DNA from: Candidatus Campbellbacteria bacterium
GTDB taxonomy: Bacteria > Patescibacteriota > Minisyncoccia > Phycocordibacterales > EsbW-18
Assembly: GCA_024653945.1 (NCBI GenBank)
Contig: JANLIT010000004.1
Location: forward strand, 13,281 to 77,280
Direction: 5' to 3'
Length of the DNA stretch: 64,000 bases
Shown: piece after piece, positions 40,341 through 49,770 of the stretch
How positions within the stretch are numbered: position 1 is the stretch's first letter
Layout: each line of letters starts with the position of its first letter
Notes under the pieces: generated by a model
What the model was told of the DNA's origin: nothing
The model's database searches: none
What the model saw: the letters and a program-made list of their open reading frames with translations, nothing else
Program-made: the position numbers and the translations under genes

Positions 40341-40736
40341 TTATGGTTGTCTAAATGGATTTGCTGACCACCCCCTTCCTGTTAGCACATTTGTTATTAA
40401 ATCAATAATCAAAAATCCTGCAAGTGCAATAATAAGCCCAAAGAAGACATTTTTAAATATTTCATGAGCTTTTGATATCTTGCCCATATCCCCCGCCGCC
40501 GTGAGATACAAAATACCCGCCCACGCAAATAGTGCCGCCGAAATCGGAAGTGCAACCGTATAGAGGAGAAAGTTAATGACATTATTAACGAGAAGAACGA
40601 GGTCATTGAACGTGCAGGCGGTCTGGGGTGGTGGCCCACCACAAGGAACAATCGCTGCAAAAGATACCAGAGGAACGAGCACTACCGCCAAAGAAAGGCC
40701 GAAGGCCACCGTCTTTCGTTTCTGTTCTTGTGTCAT
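40341..40736 (-). CDS. Pilin-like protein (VirB2/TrbC-like)
   Basis: IVPCG...C.F.DL, AGILYLTAAGD.GKISKA; start MTQEQ assumed. Confidence 0.75.
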   Translation of the reverse strand: MTQEQKRKTVAFGLSLAVVLVPLVSFAAIVPCGGPPPQTACTFNDLVLLVNNVINFLLYTVALPISAALFAWAGILYLTAAGDMGKISKAHEIFKNVFFGLIIALAGFLIIDLITNVLTGRGWSANPFRQP

Positions 40737-40799
40737 ATAGCCATTGTATGCCCTTATCAGAAAAAAGTTATCCCCACCCACATTTTTCGTCTTCATTTG

Positions 40800-42095
40800 C
40801 TATTCTAATAGCTGGCTCATCCGTCCATTTGCCTGACTTACCGCCTGACTTATTGATACTCGCCCCGACGTTACATCTTCAATGAGTGTACTAAAGAGTG
40901 CGTTCGTTTGAACGGGGTCTGGGTCATAAAATCCTCTTGAGATAAGTGCATCATTATAAAATACTGCCTTGTATGGGTCGGTCGGCACTTGTGAGAGAGC
41001 GTCGCGACGTGCTGGCGGAAGTCCGAGTATGTCAAGAAAAAATGGAGACATCTCTTTACTTGTCAGAATTGTTGCGGCTTGAAATGCATTTGCCTTCGTT
41101 GGTGATTGGTTGAGAATTGCAATCGCATATATGGTGCCGAACGTACTTTTTTGAACAGCGTCACGAACCTGTGGCATGCGCGTCACATCAAAATTAAGAT
41201 TTGGGTTTTGTTCTCGTATACCAAAAAGCTCACCAGAAAAACCGAGGTACATAGCAAGATCACCCCTTACAAATAAATCCTTTGAGGCAATCAAGGAACG
41301 ATTCCATGAGTATGACGGCTTTACTGGATTTGCAAACTCAGTATAAAAGCGGAGGGCTGAATCTGCAGGAACTTCGGAAAGACCAAATCGTTCGCTGATA
41401 CTGCTCATCACGCCGTTTTCTGTGCGTATTGTAATCGGATTACCAGCCTGCATCATCATAAGTGCGAGAATCTCTTTTGCATGATTGACATTGCGATATT
41501 CTCCGAGCGCTATGGCACTTTGTAATACATTATGTGCTGTATCTGATTTTGTGAGCTTCGGCACAAGGGCTGTTATTTCTTCCCACAACAATGGTGGTTG
41601 GGCTATGCCCGCAGCATTAAAGAGTGTCCTGTTCCAATAGAGCACCATAGGGTCAACGGCAAGCGGAAAGGCAAGAATACCGTCCGTACCAACAAACAAC
41701 TCGGCACCCTCAATAAAAGTATCCCTAAATGTTCGCTCGGGAAGATTTTGAAAAGGAATCGGATAGATTTTCTTTTCGTGCTTGAGGAGTCGTTCTTGAG
41801 AAAGAATAATCGCATCGGGGCCTCGGTTTTCTGCAAGAGCTTCTGTTAGTTTTGCATCAAATGCTTCTTCAGAAAATTGTGTGTAGGTAATCGTGAGAAT
41901 ATTGTCATTTTTTTCATTAAAAAGTTGTACGGCTTTATCAATCATGTTTTTATCAAGCGTTCCCCACAAAACTGCCTGCGCAGGAACATCTCCCGAACCT
42001 GACGAGCCAAACTTACCATACGATGCCACCGCAATAACTCCGGCAATAATAAAAAATCCAAAAATAACGAGAATAATTGTTGGAAATGATTTCAT
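40800..42095 (-). CDS. Extracellular solute-binding protein (sugar ABC-type fold)
   Basis: N-terminal TM, LYWNRTLF.AAGI..PP..WEE, F..G..AMY. Confidence 0.82.
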   Translation of the reverse strand: MKSFPTIILVIFGFFIIAGVIAVASYGKFGSSGSGDVPAQAVLWGTLDKNMIDKAVQLFNEKNDNILTITYTQFSEEAFDAKLTEALAENRGPDAIILSQERLLKHEKKIYPIPFQNLPERTFRDTFIEGAELFVGTDGILAFPLAVDPMVLYWNRTLFNAAGIAQPPLLWEEITALVPKLTKSDTAHNVLQSAIALGEYRNVNHAKEILALMMMQAGNPITIRTENGVMSSISERFGLSEVPADSALRFYTEFANPVKPSYSWNRSLIASKDLFVRGDLAMYLGFSGELFGIREQNPNLNFDVTRMPQVRDAVQKSTFGTIYAIAILNQSPTKANAFQAATILTSKEMSPFFLDILGLPPARRDALSQVPTDPYKAVFYNDALISRGFYDPDPVQTNALFSTLIEDVTSGRVSISQAVSQANGRMSQLLE

Positions 42096-42217
42096 ATAAA
42101 GTGGGGGTTGGAAGTTAGATGTTGGATGTTGGAGGTTGGTTTTAGTTTGGTCTTTGTTATTTTTCTTTCTACATACTACTTTCTACATACTACTTTCTGC
42201 TTACTACTTTCTGCTTA

Positions 42218-42757
42218 CTACTTATTTTCTTTCGGCTTTCTTAAAAGCATACCGTAGTGGTGTGTTCCTGCATCAATGTCTTTTTCAAAAACAAACCCCG
42301 CACTTTCAGCGAGCGTTTGGGCGGTGTGACGTTTGAGCACAGATGTAGCATGAGGTCCCATACCTCCGTACGAATCACTCCAGTCAACAATGAGCGCCTT
42401 TCCATCAGCACGTAGAATACGGAACATCTCCTTTAAAAAACGCTCCTTGTGCTCTATTTGAAACAAGATATTGGTGGCCATAACTGCGTGCACTGATGCA
42501 TCCGCGAGTGTTGTTCCCCGCTCTTCTTCAAGATCAGTCCACATGGTGTGTACATTCAAAAGGCCTTCCTGCTGTGCTTCTTTGTGCACTTTTTGTATGA
42601 GCTCTTTCTGAAGATCGCACGCATACACTACCCCCGTTTCACCAACGTGGCGCGCAGCAAGAAACGTGAAATCCCCGGCACCAACGCCGAGGTCTGCAAC
42701 ATGCATTCCTTCACCGAGTTGAAACTGCTCAATAATTTTTTCAGGGTGTGCAAACAT
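42218..42757 (-). CDS. SAM-dependent methyltransferase
   Basis: VADLGVGAG...VYACD, L..DGK..IVDW. Confidence 0.85.
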   Translation of the reverse strand: MFAHPEKIIEQFQLGEGMHVADLGVGAGDFTFLAARHVGETGVVYACDLQKELIQKVHKEAQQEGLLNVHTMWTDLEEERGTTLADASVHAVMATNILFQIEHKERFLKEMFRILRADGKALIVDWSDSYGGMGPHATSVLKRHTAQTLAESAGFVFEKDIDAGTHHYGMLLRKPKENK

Positions 42758-42851
42758 ATACCACTATTGTAAAGCACCACTAACCAAGCACCAAATGATA
42801 AGTGGAACAATCGAAAAAACCCACAAAAAATTCTTACTACTTACTTCTACC

Positions 42852-45323
42852 CTACAAGCAGACAAATGATGCGATAGAATCTCCCTCACGAAGCTTCATA
42901 ATACGAACACCTTGTGTCACGCGTCCAAGAAGTGAGATTTCAGAAAGTGCTACCCGAATAACCTGTCCTTTTTGGGAAATGACCACAAGTTCACCTTCTT
43001 CAGATGACACAATCTGAGACGCCATCACCTTACCCGTTTTTGCGGTTACATTCGCCGTTTTTACACCCCCACCTCCTCGTTTTTGAGTTTTATACTCATC
43101 TATTGCTGTTCGCTTTCCGTATCCGTTTGAAAGGAGAATAAGTAGTGCTGAGTCGGCGTCTTCTTTCTTCACAACACTCGTGCCCACAATAACGTCTTTT
43201 GCTGACAGACGCATTGCCCGAACACCTCCGGCAGTACGTCCCATGGCTCGAATATCTGTTTCTTTGAAACGAATTGATTGACCACTTTGAGAAACGAGCA
43301 ATGTTTCATCTCCAGGATTTACAAGAACGGCAGCAATGAGTTCATCATTTGCGTCCAGTGAAATCGCAATAATACCACTACGGCGTACATCGTGGAAATT
43401 GGCAACTGCAACCTTTTTTGCAACACCGCGACGAGTCACCATCATAACACCACCTTTTGACTCTTTTGAAATTTTTGACAGCGGAAGAATGGATGTCACG
43501 CGCTCTCCGTCTGAAAGCTGTAGGAAGTTCATCACCGACTTTCCTTTCGTTGCGCGCTTTCCTTCTGGAAGTTCGTACATCTTCAATTGGTACACCTTTC
43601 CTTTGTCCGTAAAGAACAGGAGGTCGTCGTGTGTATGTGCACCAACAAGCATGGTAACAAAATCTTCTTCTTTGGTATCCAAATCGATCACTCCAACACC
43701 ACCACGCTTTTGTGCCTTGTATTCACTTGGATTCGTGCGCTTGATGTACCCGCCAGCAGTAAATACCACAACGTTTTCTTCGTTGGGAATTAAATCTTCA
43801 GCAGAAAGATTTTCAACGCCCCCTCGAACCACTTTTGTTCTTCGGTCATCACCGTATTTCTGCTCAATTGCAGTGAGCTCTGTCTTAATAACCTCACGCA
43901 TCTTTTTCTCACTCTTGAGAAGTGCTGTAAGTTCGGTAATAGTTTTTTGAACCTCTGCAAGCTCGTCTTCAACCTTCTTTCGTTCAAGACCAGCAAGCTT
44001 TTGAAGTCGCATTTCCAAAATGGCAATCGCTTGGAGCTCTGAGAAACTGAATTTTTTCTTAAGGGATTCTTTTGCGTCAAGAGCATCTTTTGATTTCTTA
44101 ATAACCGCAATTACTTGGTCAATATGGTCGAGTGCTTTGGAGAGACCAAGGAGAATGTGCTCTCGGGCCTGTGCAACATTGAGGTCAAATTGCGTACGAC
44201 GTCGAACCACAATAAGGCGGTGTTTGACAAACTCTTCCAAAATACTCTTCAAGGAGAGCGTTTGCGGAACACCGTCCACGAGACACACGGTATTGATGTG
44301 GAACGTGTCTTCAAGCTGTGTGTGTTTGTAGAGAAAGTTGAGAATTTTTTGTGGATGTGCCCCCGTTTTGAGCTCAATCACCACACGAATATCCTTCGTT
44401 GATTCATCACGAATATCACGAATACCATCAATCTTTTTTTCTCGAACAAGGTCAGCAACTTTGACAATGAGATCCGCCTTGTTAACACGGTACGGAATTG
44501 ATGTAATTATAATTTGAAATTGACCCTTTTTCCCTTCCATAATTTCAGCTTCACCACGTGTCACAATTCCTCCCTTTCCGTTCGTGTATGCGTGCTTAAT
44601 ATCTTTTTCACCAAAAATAACCCCGCCTGTTGGAAAGTCTGGCCCTTTGACAAACGAGAGGAGGTCGTCATTTGTTGCTTCTGGGTTATCGGCAAGATGC
44701 ACCGTTGCGTGGACAACTTCACGGAGGTTGTGTGGAGGAATGTTTGTTGCCATACCAACAGCAATACCAAGCGTGCCGTTTAAAAGAAGTCCTGGGACAG
44801 ACGCCGGAAACACTACTGGCTCTTTGTATCGTCCGTCATAGTTTGGTCGCCAATCAACCGTATCTTTTTCAAGGTCTTGCATGAGCTCAAATGCCACGCG
44901 CGACATTCGTGCTTCGGTGTATCGCATCGCGGCTGGAGGGTCTCCATCAATTGAACCAAAGTTTCCCTGACCAATAACGAGCGGGTAGCGGTACGAAAAT
45001 AGTTGCGCCATGTTCACCATCGCATCGTACACAGACGCATCTCCGTGCGGGTGGTATTTTCCAAGCACTTCACCAACGACAGCGGCTGATTTTCGTGGCT
45101 TTGCTGTTGGAAGCAACCGCATGCCATACATGGCGTATAAAATTCTGCGATGCACTGGTTTAAGCCCATCTCGAACATCCGGCAACGCGCGCATTGTGAT
45201 AACCGACATCGCATAGTCCAAATACGCCTCCTTCATTTCGGCAGAAATGCTACGAGAAACAATCCCTGATTCGGAGCGATCTGGCACTATATTTTCATCT
45301 TCTTTTGGTGTTTTGGAAGCCAT
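42852..45323 (-). CDS. gyrA: DNA gyrase subunit A
   Basis: [28 protein letters not shown], GyrA box QKRGGVG. Confidence 0.97.
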   Translation of the reverse strand: MASKTPKEDENIVPDRSESGIVSRSISAEMKEAYLDYAMSVITMRALPDVRDGLKPVHRRILYAMYGMRLLPTAKPRKSAAVVGEVLGKYHPHGDASVYDAMVNMAQLFSYRYPLVIGQGNFGSIDGDPPAAMRYTEARMSRVAFELMQDLEKDTVDWRPNYDGRYKEPVVFPASVPGLLLNGTLGIAVGMATNIPPHNLREVVHATVHLADNPEATNDDLLSFVKGPDFPTGGVIFGEKDIKHAYTNGKGGIVTRGEAEIMEGKKGQFQIIITSIPYRVNKADLIVKVADLVREKKIDGIRDIRDESTKDIRVVIELKTGAHPQKILNFLYKHTQLEDTFHINTVCLVDGVPQTLSLKSILEEFVKHRLIVVRRRTQFDLNVAQAREHILLGLSKALDHIDQVIAVIKKSKDALDAKESLKKKFSFSELQAIAILEMRLQKLAGLERKKVEDELAEVQKTITELTALLKSEKKMREVIKTELTAIEQKYGDDRRTKVVRGGVENLSAEDLIPNEENVVVFTAGGYIKRTNPSEYKAQKRGGVGVIDLDTKEEDFVTMLVGAHTHDDLLFFTDKGKVYQLKMYELPEGKRATKGKSVMNFLQLSDGERVTSILPLSKISKESKGGVMMVTRRGVAKKVAVANFHDVRRSGIIAISLDANDELIAAVLVNPGDETLLVSQSGQSIRFKETDIRAMGRTAGGVRAMRLSAKDVIVGTSVVKKEDADSALLILLSNGYGKRTAIDEYKTQKRGGGGVKTANVTAKTGKVMASQIVSSEEGELVVISQKGQVIRVALSEISLLGRVTQGVRIMKLREGDSIASFVCL

Positions 45324-45401
45324 GAAATACTACATTTTTACCCTATCATTATACACCAAAAAGACCCACAAATAAAGGGGATTTCTTCGCTTTTGGGTGT
45401 T

Positions 45402-45653
45402 TTAAAATGAGTTCTGCACGGTGCTTTTGAGCGAGTCCCAAAGAGAGGAAAATGTTTCTTTGGAGCTATTCAGTGGGGAAACTTTTTCTGAAATAACGGT
45501 GTCTGCGGGAGAGGAAATTTGATTGAGGTGTGCAAAAAATGAGACAAACCAAATACCAAAAATACACACCGTTATCCAAAAGGCAATCCACAATGCTATG
45601 GTACGACGTTCGTGTTCTGGGCGCTGTTGAATCTTTTGTAATAACGTAAACAT
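45402..45653 (-). CDS. Small single-TM hypothetical protein
   Basis: PEHERRTIA followed by a TM helix. Confidence 0.6.
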   Translation of the reverse strand: MFTLLQKIQQRPEHERRTIALWIAFWITVCIFGIWFVSFFAHLNQISSPADTVISEKVSPLNSSKETFSSLWDSLKSTVQNSF

Positions 45654-45665
45654 ACTGGGAATGTG

Positions 45666-46292
45666 CTACACCTGTGGAGAAAGCACAATAACCTCACCCT
45701 CTTTTTCAATCACTTCTTTTTTTCGCAAAGTTACCTTGTCTGTTGCCGAAGCCCCCGTTTCTCCCTCTTCTTTAAGAAACGCCTTGAGTGTGTCTGCTGT
45801 GTAGTGCATTGGAATCACCACATGTGGTTCAAGAGAAACGGAAAGTTTGTGAGCCGCACGCGCATCAAGAACGCCGTCTCCACCAATAGGAAGAAAGAGA
45901 ATGTCAACATCATCCAGCACTTCATACAACTCTGAAGAAAGTTGTCCATCAGAAAGTGCACCACAAAAACACATCTTCATATCTTCCAATGTAACGAGGT
46001 ACACCGTATTGAGTCTCTCTTTTCCGTCATACATACTCTTTGACGAATATCCGCGAATCACAATACCATTGAGTTCATATTCTCCTGGCCCACTGATAAC
46101 TAGAGGACTGGCATCTCCGCGTGCAACCGTTTCCGCACCATTCATATCGGGGTGGTTCACCGAAACAAGCACAACATCTGCACCGTACGATGTTGCGGTG
46201 TGTTTTGATTTCTTGGATACGGGGTTAAATGCGAGGACCGCGTCTCCAAATTGAACTTTAAATGACTCTAGTGTGTTGTACGTAATTATCAT
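45666..46292 (-). CDS. MBL-fold metallo-hydrolase-like protein
   Basis: H.D, GPGEYE, ILFLPIGG, IPMHY. Confidence 0.82.
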   Translation of the reverse strand: MIITYNTLESFKVQFGDAVLAFNPVSKKSKHTATSYGADVVLVSVNHPDMNGAETVARGDASPLVISGPGEYELNGIVIRGYSSKSMYDGKERLNTVYLVTLEDMKMCFCGALSDGQLSSELYEVLDDVDILFLPIGGDGVLDARAAHKLSVSLEPHVVIPMHYTADTLKAFLKEEGETGASATDKVTLRKKEVIEKEGEVIVLSPQV

Positions 46293-46343
46293 ATGTACGC
46301 AAAGTATACCAAAAAATGCCTTCCCCGTCCTCTTATATTCATA

Positions 46344-47279
46344 CTACAAATATGTTTCTTTATTTTGCTTGTGCTCTTCAAACGTCTCAGCATAGTGGGT
46401 TACCCCATCCTTTCCATTGAGGTAATACCAATATGGTGTCTTTGTTGGAGAAAGTGCCGCTTCAATGGCACTTCGTCCTGGGTTGCTAATCGGTGTTGGT
46501 GGAAGTCCAACTCGTGTGTATGAATTGTATGGAGAATCAAGTTCCAAATCTGCACTCGTCAATTCGTGTGACTCCTTTCCAAGTGTGTACGCAAACGTAG
46601 CATCAACTTGTAATGCCATGCCAACATCAAAACGCTTCCAGAGAATGCCGGACACGCTACGCTGATCTTCTCTCCCACGTGCCTCCTCTTCTATAATAGA
46701 TGCCATCGTTACTATTTCTTCCAAACTTCGACTTGATGATGCAATTGCATCTGCGTATTCGGCAAGAATGGTGTCTGATTTTTTGGAGAGTGTTGAGAGA
46801 ACATCTTCTGGTGTTGTGTTTACAAAAAAGAAATACGTATCAGGAAACAAAAATCCCTCTTGGGTGTATGCGAGTGAAAAAAACTTTTGTTTGTCAAATG
46901 CTGGCAGATTTTTTGAAAGAATATCAGCCATAGTGGCAACGGTGATGCCTTCAGGGAGCACTACTTTAATCTGTTCCAAACGATAGTCACCGTGCGTGAG
47001 GCGATATGCAACCGCGAGTGTTCCTTGTGGTTTTTTAAAAAGGTAATCTCCCGCTCGAATATTTTCTGCACCACCGATGACTTCTGTAAGCACCCTGAGT
47101 AATGTTGTTGATGTAATAATACGTGCGCCTTTAAGCAACGATGCAGCCTCTACAAACGAAGCACCTTCTGGGATATTCACCAAGGAGTGCTCTGGGAACG
47201 GCTTCGGCGTATGCAACAAAATCAAAAGAAGCACAACGCCACACACCACACCAATGTTCATCATCATATTTCGAGACAT
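46344..47279 (-). CDS. mltG: Endolytic transglycosylase MltG
   Basis: EGFLFPDTY, ASIIEEE, LQVDAT, SPYNSY...GLPPTPISNPG. Confidence 0.93.
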   Translation of the reverse strand: MSRNMMMNIGVVCGVVLLLILLHTPKPFPEHSLVNIPEGASFVEAASLLKGARIITSTTLLRVLTEVIGGAENIRAGDYLFKKPQGTLAVAYRLTHGDYRLEQIKVVLPEGITVATMADILSKNLPAFDKQKFFSLAYTQEGFLFPDTYFFFVNTTPEDVLSTLSKKSDTILAEYADAIASSSRSLEEIVTMASIIEEEARGREDQRSVSGILWKRFDVGMALQVDATFAYTLGKESHELTSADLELDSPYNSYTRVGLPPTPISNPGRSAIEAALSPTKTPYWYYLNGKDGVTHYAETFEEHKQNKETYL

Positions 47280-47281
47280 AC

Positions 47282-48595
47282 CTATACAGGAAGATTCATT
47301 GGTGGCTCTGCTTTTTGTGATTCAATACGACCAAATGTTGGTGTTTCTACAACGCCTCCAGGGAAGTGAAAAATGGTTGCTAATTCTTCGGCATTAAGTA
47401 CAAACGGTTTTCGTTTGTAGGGTGCGTGAAAATAACTTCGTAAACGGTATGCCTCAAACATTTCCCGTTTCATTTTTGGAAGGCGTATTTTAAGTGGGTC
47501 CTGAATAATATAATCAAAACTTGTCCCTCGAACTTTTTTGAATCCGTTCAGGTGTGGTGTGTTGTACTGTGTCAGCACACCATTAAGCGCCCCTTTGTGT
47601 GACTTGTTGAAATAGTCTTTTTCCGCGACATACACTCCACGAATACCAACGTCAAACCCGAGCTTCGTTATGCTTCGTTCAAGTGCAGTTACAATATCTT
47701 TCTCCCCAGAAGTGAAGGTGACCAACGTACTTTCCTCATCATCATTTTTACCCTTTCCTTTGAGCGTTCTCTTGTCAATAATCTTCTTTATCTCACCCTT
47801 CACATCATCTTTCCACTTGTCAGTTTTTTCAAAGTGCTCTTTTGTCTTTTTTCCTATATCAAACACATCCTCAACCGACTTAAAATTAGCAAAAAATGAG
47901 CCTTCTTTGGTATCCTCTTTTTTGTGTGCACGAACAAGAATTTGTATCCATGCCTGTTCACCCTTACCCAAACCACCGAGATACTCTAGCACTGGGGCAA
48001 TGGGGTCAATTTTAAATTCCTCTTTTGGATCTCTATCCAAACCATAATCAATGTACGTTTTAATTGGGTACGGATCTGGTTTGTTGAGTATAAATTCTGC
48101 GGCATAGAGGTCCGCCACATCGGGGTCATACAAAAATGCCAGCGTGTAGTCAGGAACTTCAACGACTTCTGTTTTCGGATACTGTGCGTAGATATGATTT
48201 TGAATATTTTTAACACTATTTCTCCATGTCCAAATAAAAAACTTCACCTGGCCTTCAAGAGACACAAGCTCAAGAGAAAACCATGCACGCACACCACCGT
48301 CCCAATATTTTTCAAGAAGGTTACCTTCACCGGGAATCGAATAGAGTGAGTTGAGAGCCATTTCCATTGCTGCGGGTGACTTACTCACTTCTCGCGGAAC
48401 TTTAATTTCAAGAAGAACGGGTTCTTGTTTTGCCAAATATTTTGCCCTTCGATACCGCATCCACCCGCGCCACCCAGCATATCCAAACAGAATAGGTGCC
48501 CACAGAGGAGCAAGCTCAAACAAAAAACGGGAAGTGGTCCAGATGGGTTGTATACGTTCTAGAATATCGCCGAACATATAAGTATCATACCACAC
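47282..48595 (-). CDS. Conserved hypothetical membrane-anchored protein
   Basis: N-terminal TM, LLEIKVPRE, FSLELVS, EELATIFHFP. Confidence 0.7.
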   Translation of the reverse strand: MWYDTYMFGDILERIQPIWTTSRFLFELAPLWAPILFGYAGWRGWMRYRRAKYLAKQEPVLLEIKVPREVSKSPAAMEMALNSLYSIPGEGNLLEKYWDGGVRAWFSLELVSLEGQVKFFIWTWRNSVKNIQNHIYAQYPKTEVVEVPDYTLAFLYDPDVADLYAAEFILNKPDPYPIKTYIDYGLDRDPKEEFKIDPIAPVLEYLGGLGKGEQAWIQILVRAHKKEDTKEGSFFANFKSVEDVFDIGKKTKEHFEKTDKWKDDVKGEIKKIIDKRTLKGKGKNDDEESTLVTFTSGEKDIVTALERSITKLGFDVGIRGVYVAEKDYFNKSHKGALNGVLTQYNTPHLNGFKKVRGTSFDYIIQDPLKIRLPKMKREMFEAYRLRSYFHAPYKRKPFVLNAEELATIFHFPGGVVETPTFGRIESQKAEPPMNLPV

Positions 48596-48640
48596 GCCCC
48601 CGCCTTCAAAATGAAGTGCGGGGGCTTTGGCGTGCCGAGA

Positions 48641-49711
48641 TTAGGCGAGAACGTAGGTTCCGTCTGGATTCTTAGAGAAATATTTTGAATCCTGAAGATT
48701 AACAAGAATAGTATTTGGCTTTACGTAACGCTCCTTGAGTACTTTTGCAACAACGTCATCTTTTGTAAGAGCACCGTGTTCTTTAAGAATTTTCGTAATA
48801 ACATCACGCACAACTCCCTGCATATATCCCCATTCCGCAAGTGCGTAGAGTCCGCGTCCCACGAGAACAAATCGGTCATCCTTAATAAGCTCGTTGTGTG
48901 TTGTCGCAACGTGCGCCTTCTTTTCAAAAAGTTCGTTGATTCGTTTAGCAACTTCGCTAAAGTGAAGTGGCGATCCGTGATTTCGAATAGCAAGATATGC
49001 AAAGTCACGAACTCCCTTTGGTGTAACATTTGGAGATGCTGAGTGTCCCCATTCTCCTAATGGATTACTGGAAACAACCTTTGACATAGTGAGCCATCGA
49101 CGTGTCATTTCTTCAGTGCGATATACTTCAGCAACATTTTTTAAATGTGAGAGAAATGTGGCGATAACGTCTGATTCAGAAACAAGTTCCTCGTATGAAA
49201 GTGATGCGTAGAGTTGTTTCAATGCCTCTTCAACTTTTTCTGCCAAGTCAGTATCTGCGTGCCAGCGATGTTCAAAGTGTTCATCTTCTTTTCTTTTTTC
49301 AAAATCTTCCCCAACAACCAAAATAAAGTGGAAGTGGTTTCGCACACCAGCATCAGCTGAGAGGTGTGCGAGAAAATGTTCCTCAGATGCAATGCCACCA
49401 AAAAACATGAGCTCTTCTTTCAGTTCTGCAAACGCATTTTTATCTTTTGTGTATGCATCCGATTTTCGGATACTGCCGAGAGCGTAATTTTCAATCTGAC
49501 GAACTCGTTCACGGGTAATACCATACAATTCGCCAATTGCCTCAAGTGTCATACGCTTCACCTTATCACCAAGACCATACCGTTTGATGAGAACATCCTG
49601 TGCACGTGCAGAAAGGGCACCAAGAAGACGCTTGGTTACCTGCTTTGAGTTAAAAGAAATTGCCGACTTTCGACCGGCAGATGGTGATACTTTTTTTAAG
49701 GTTTTTGACAT
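48641..49711 (-). CDS. Sigma70 region-4 HTH protein with C-terminal winged-HTH (RNAP delta-like) domains
   Basis: RYGL...TLEAIG..YGITRERVRQIE; HNELIKD.RFVLVGRGLYAL.EW. Confidence 0.8.
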   Translation of the reverse strand: MSKTLKKVSPSAGRKSAISFNSKQVTKRLLGALSARAQDVLIKRYGLGDKVKRMTLEAIGELYGITRERVRQIENYALGSIRKSDAYTKDKNAFAELKEELMFFGGIASEEHFLAHLSADAGVRNHFHFILVVGEDFEKRKEDEHFEHRWHADTDLAEKVEEALKQLYASLSYEELVSESDVIATFLSHLKNVAEVYRTEEMTRRWLTMSKVVSSNPLGEWGHSASPNVTPKGVRDFAYLAIRNHGSPLHFSEVAKRINELFEKKAHVATTHNELIKDDRFVLVGRGLYALAEWGYMQGVVRDVITKILKEHGALTKDDVVAKVLKERYVKPNTILVNLQDSKYFSKNPDGTYVLA

Positions 49712-49770
49712 GCGTGTATTAGTTATCTATTGATTGATACCTGCTAGTCTATCACTCTTGGGGGATATCG

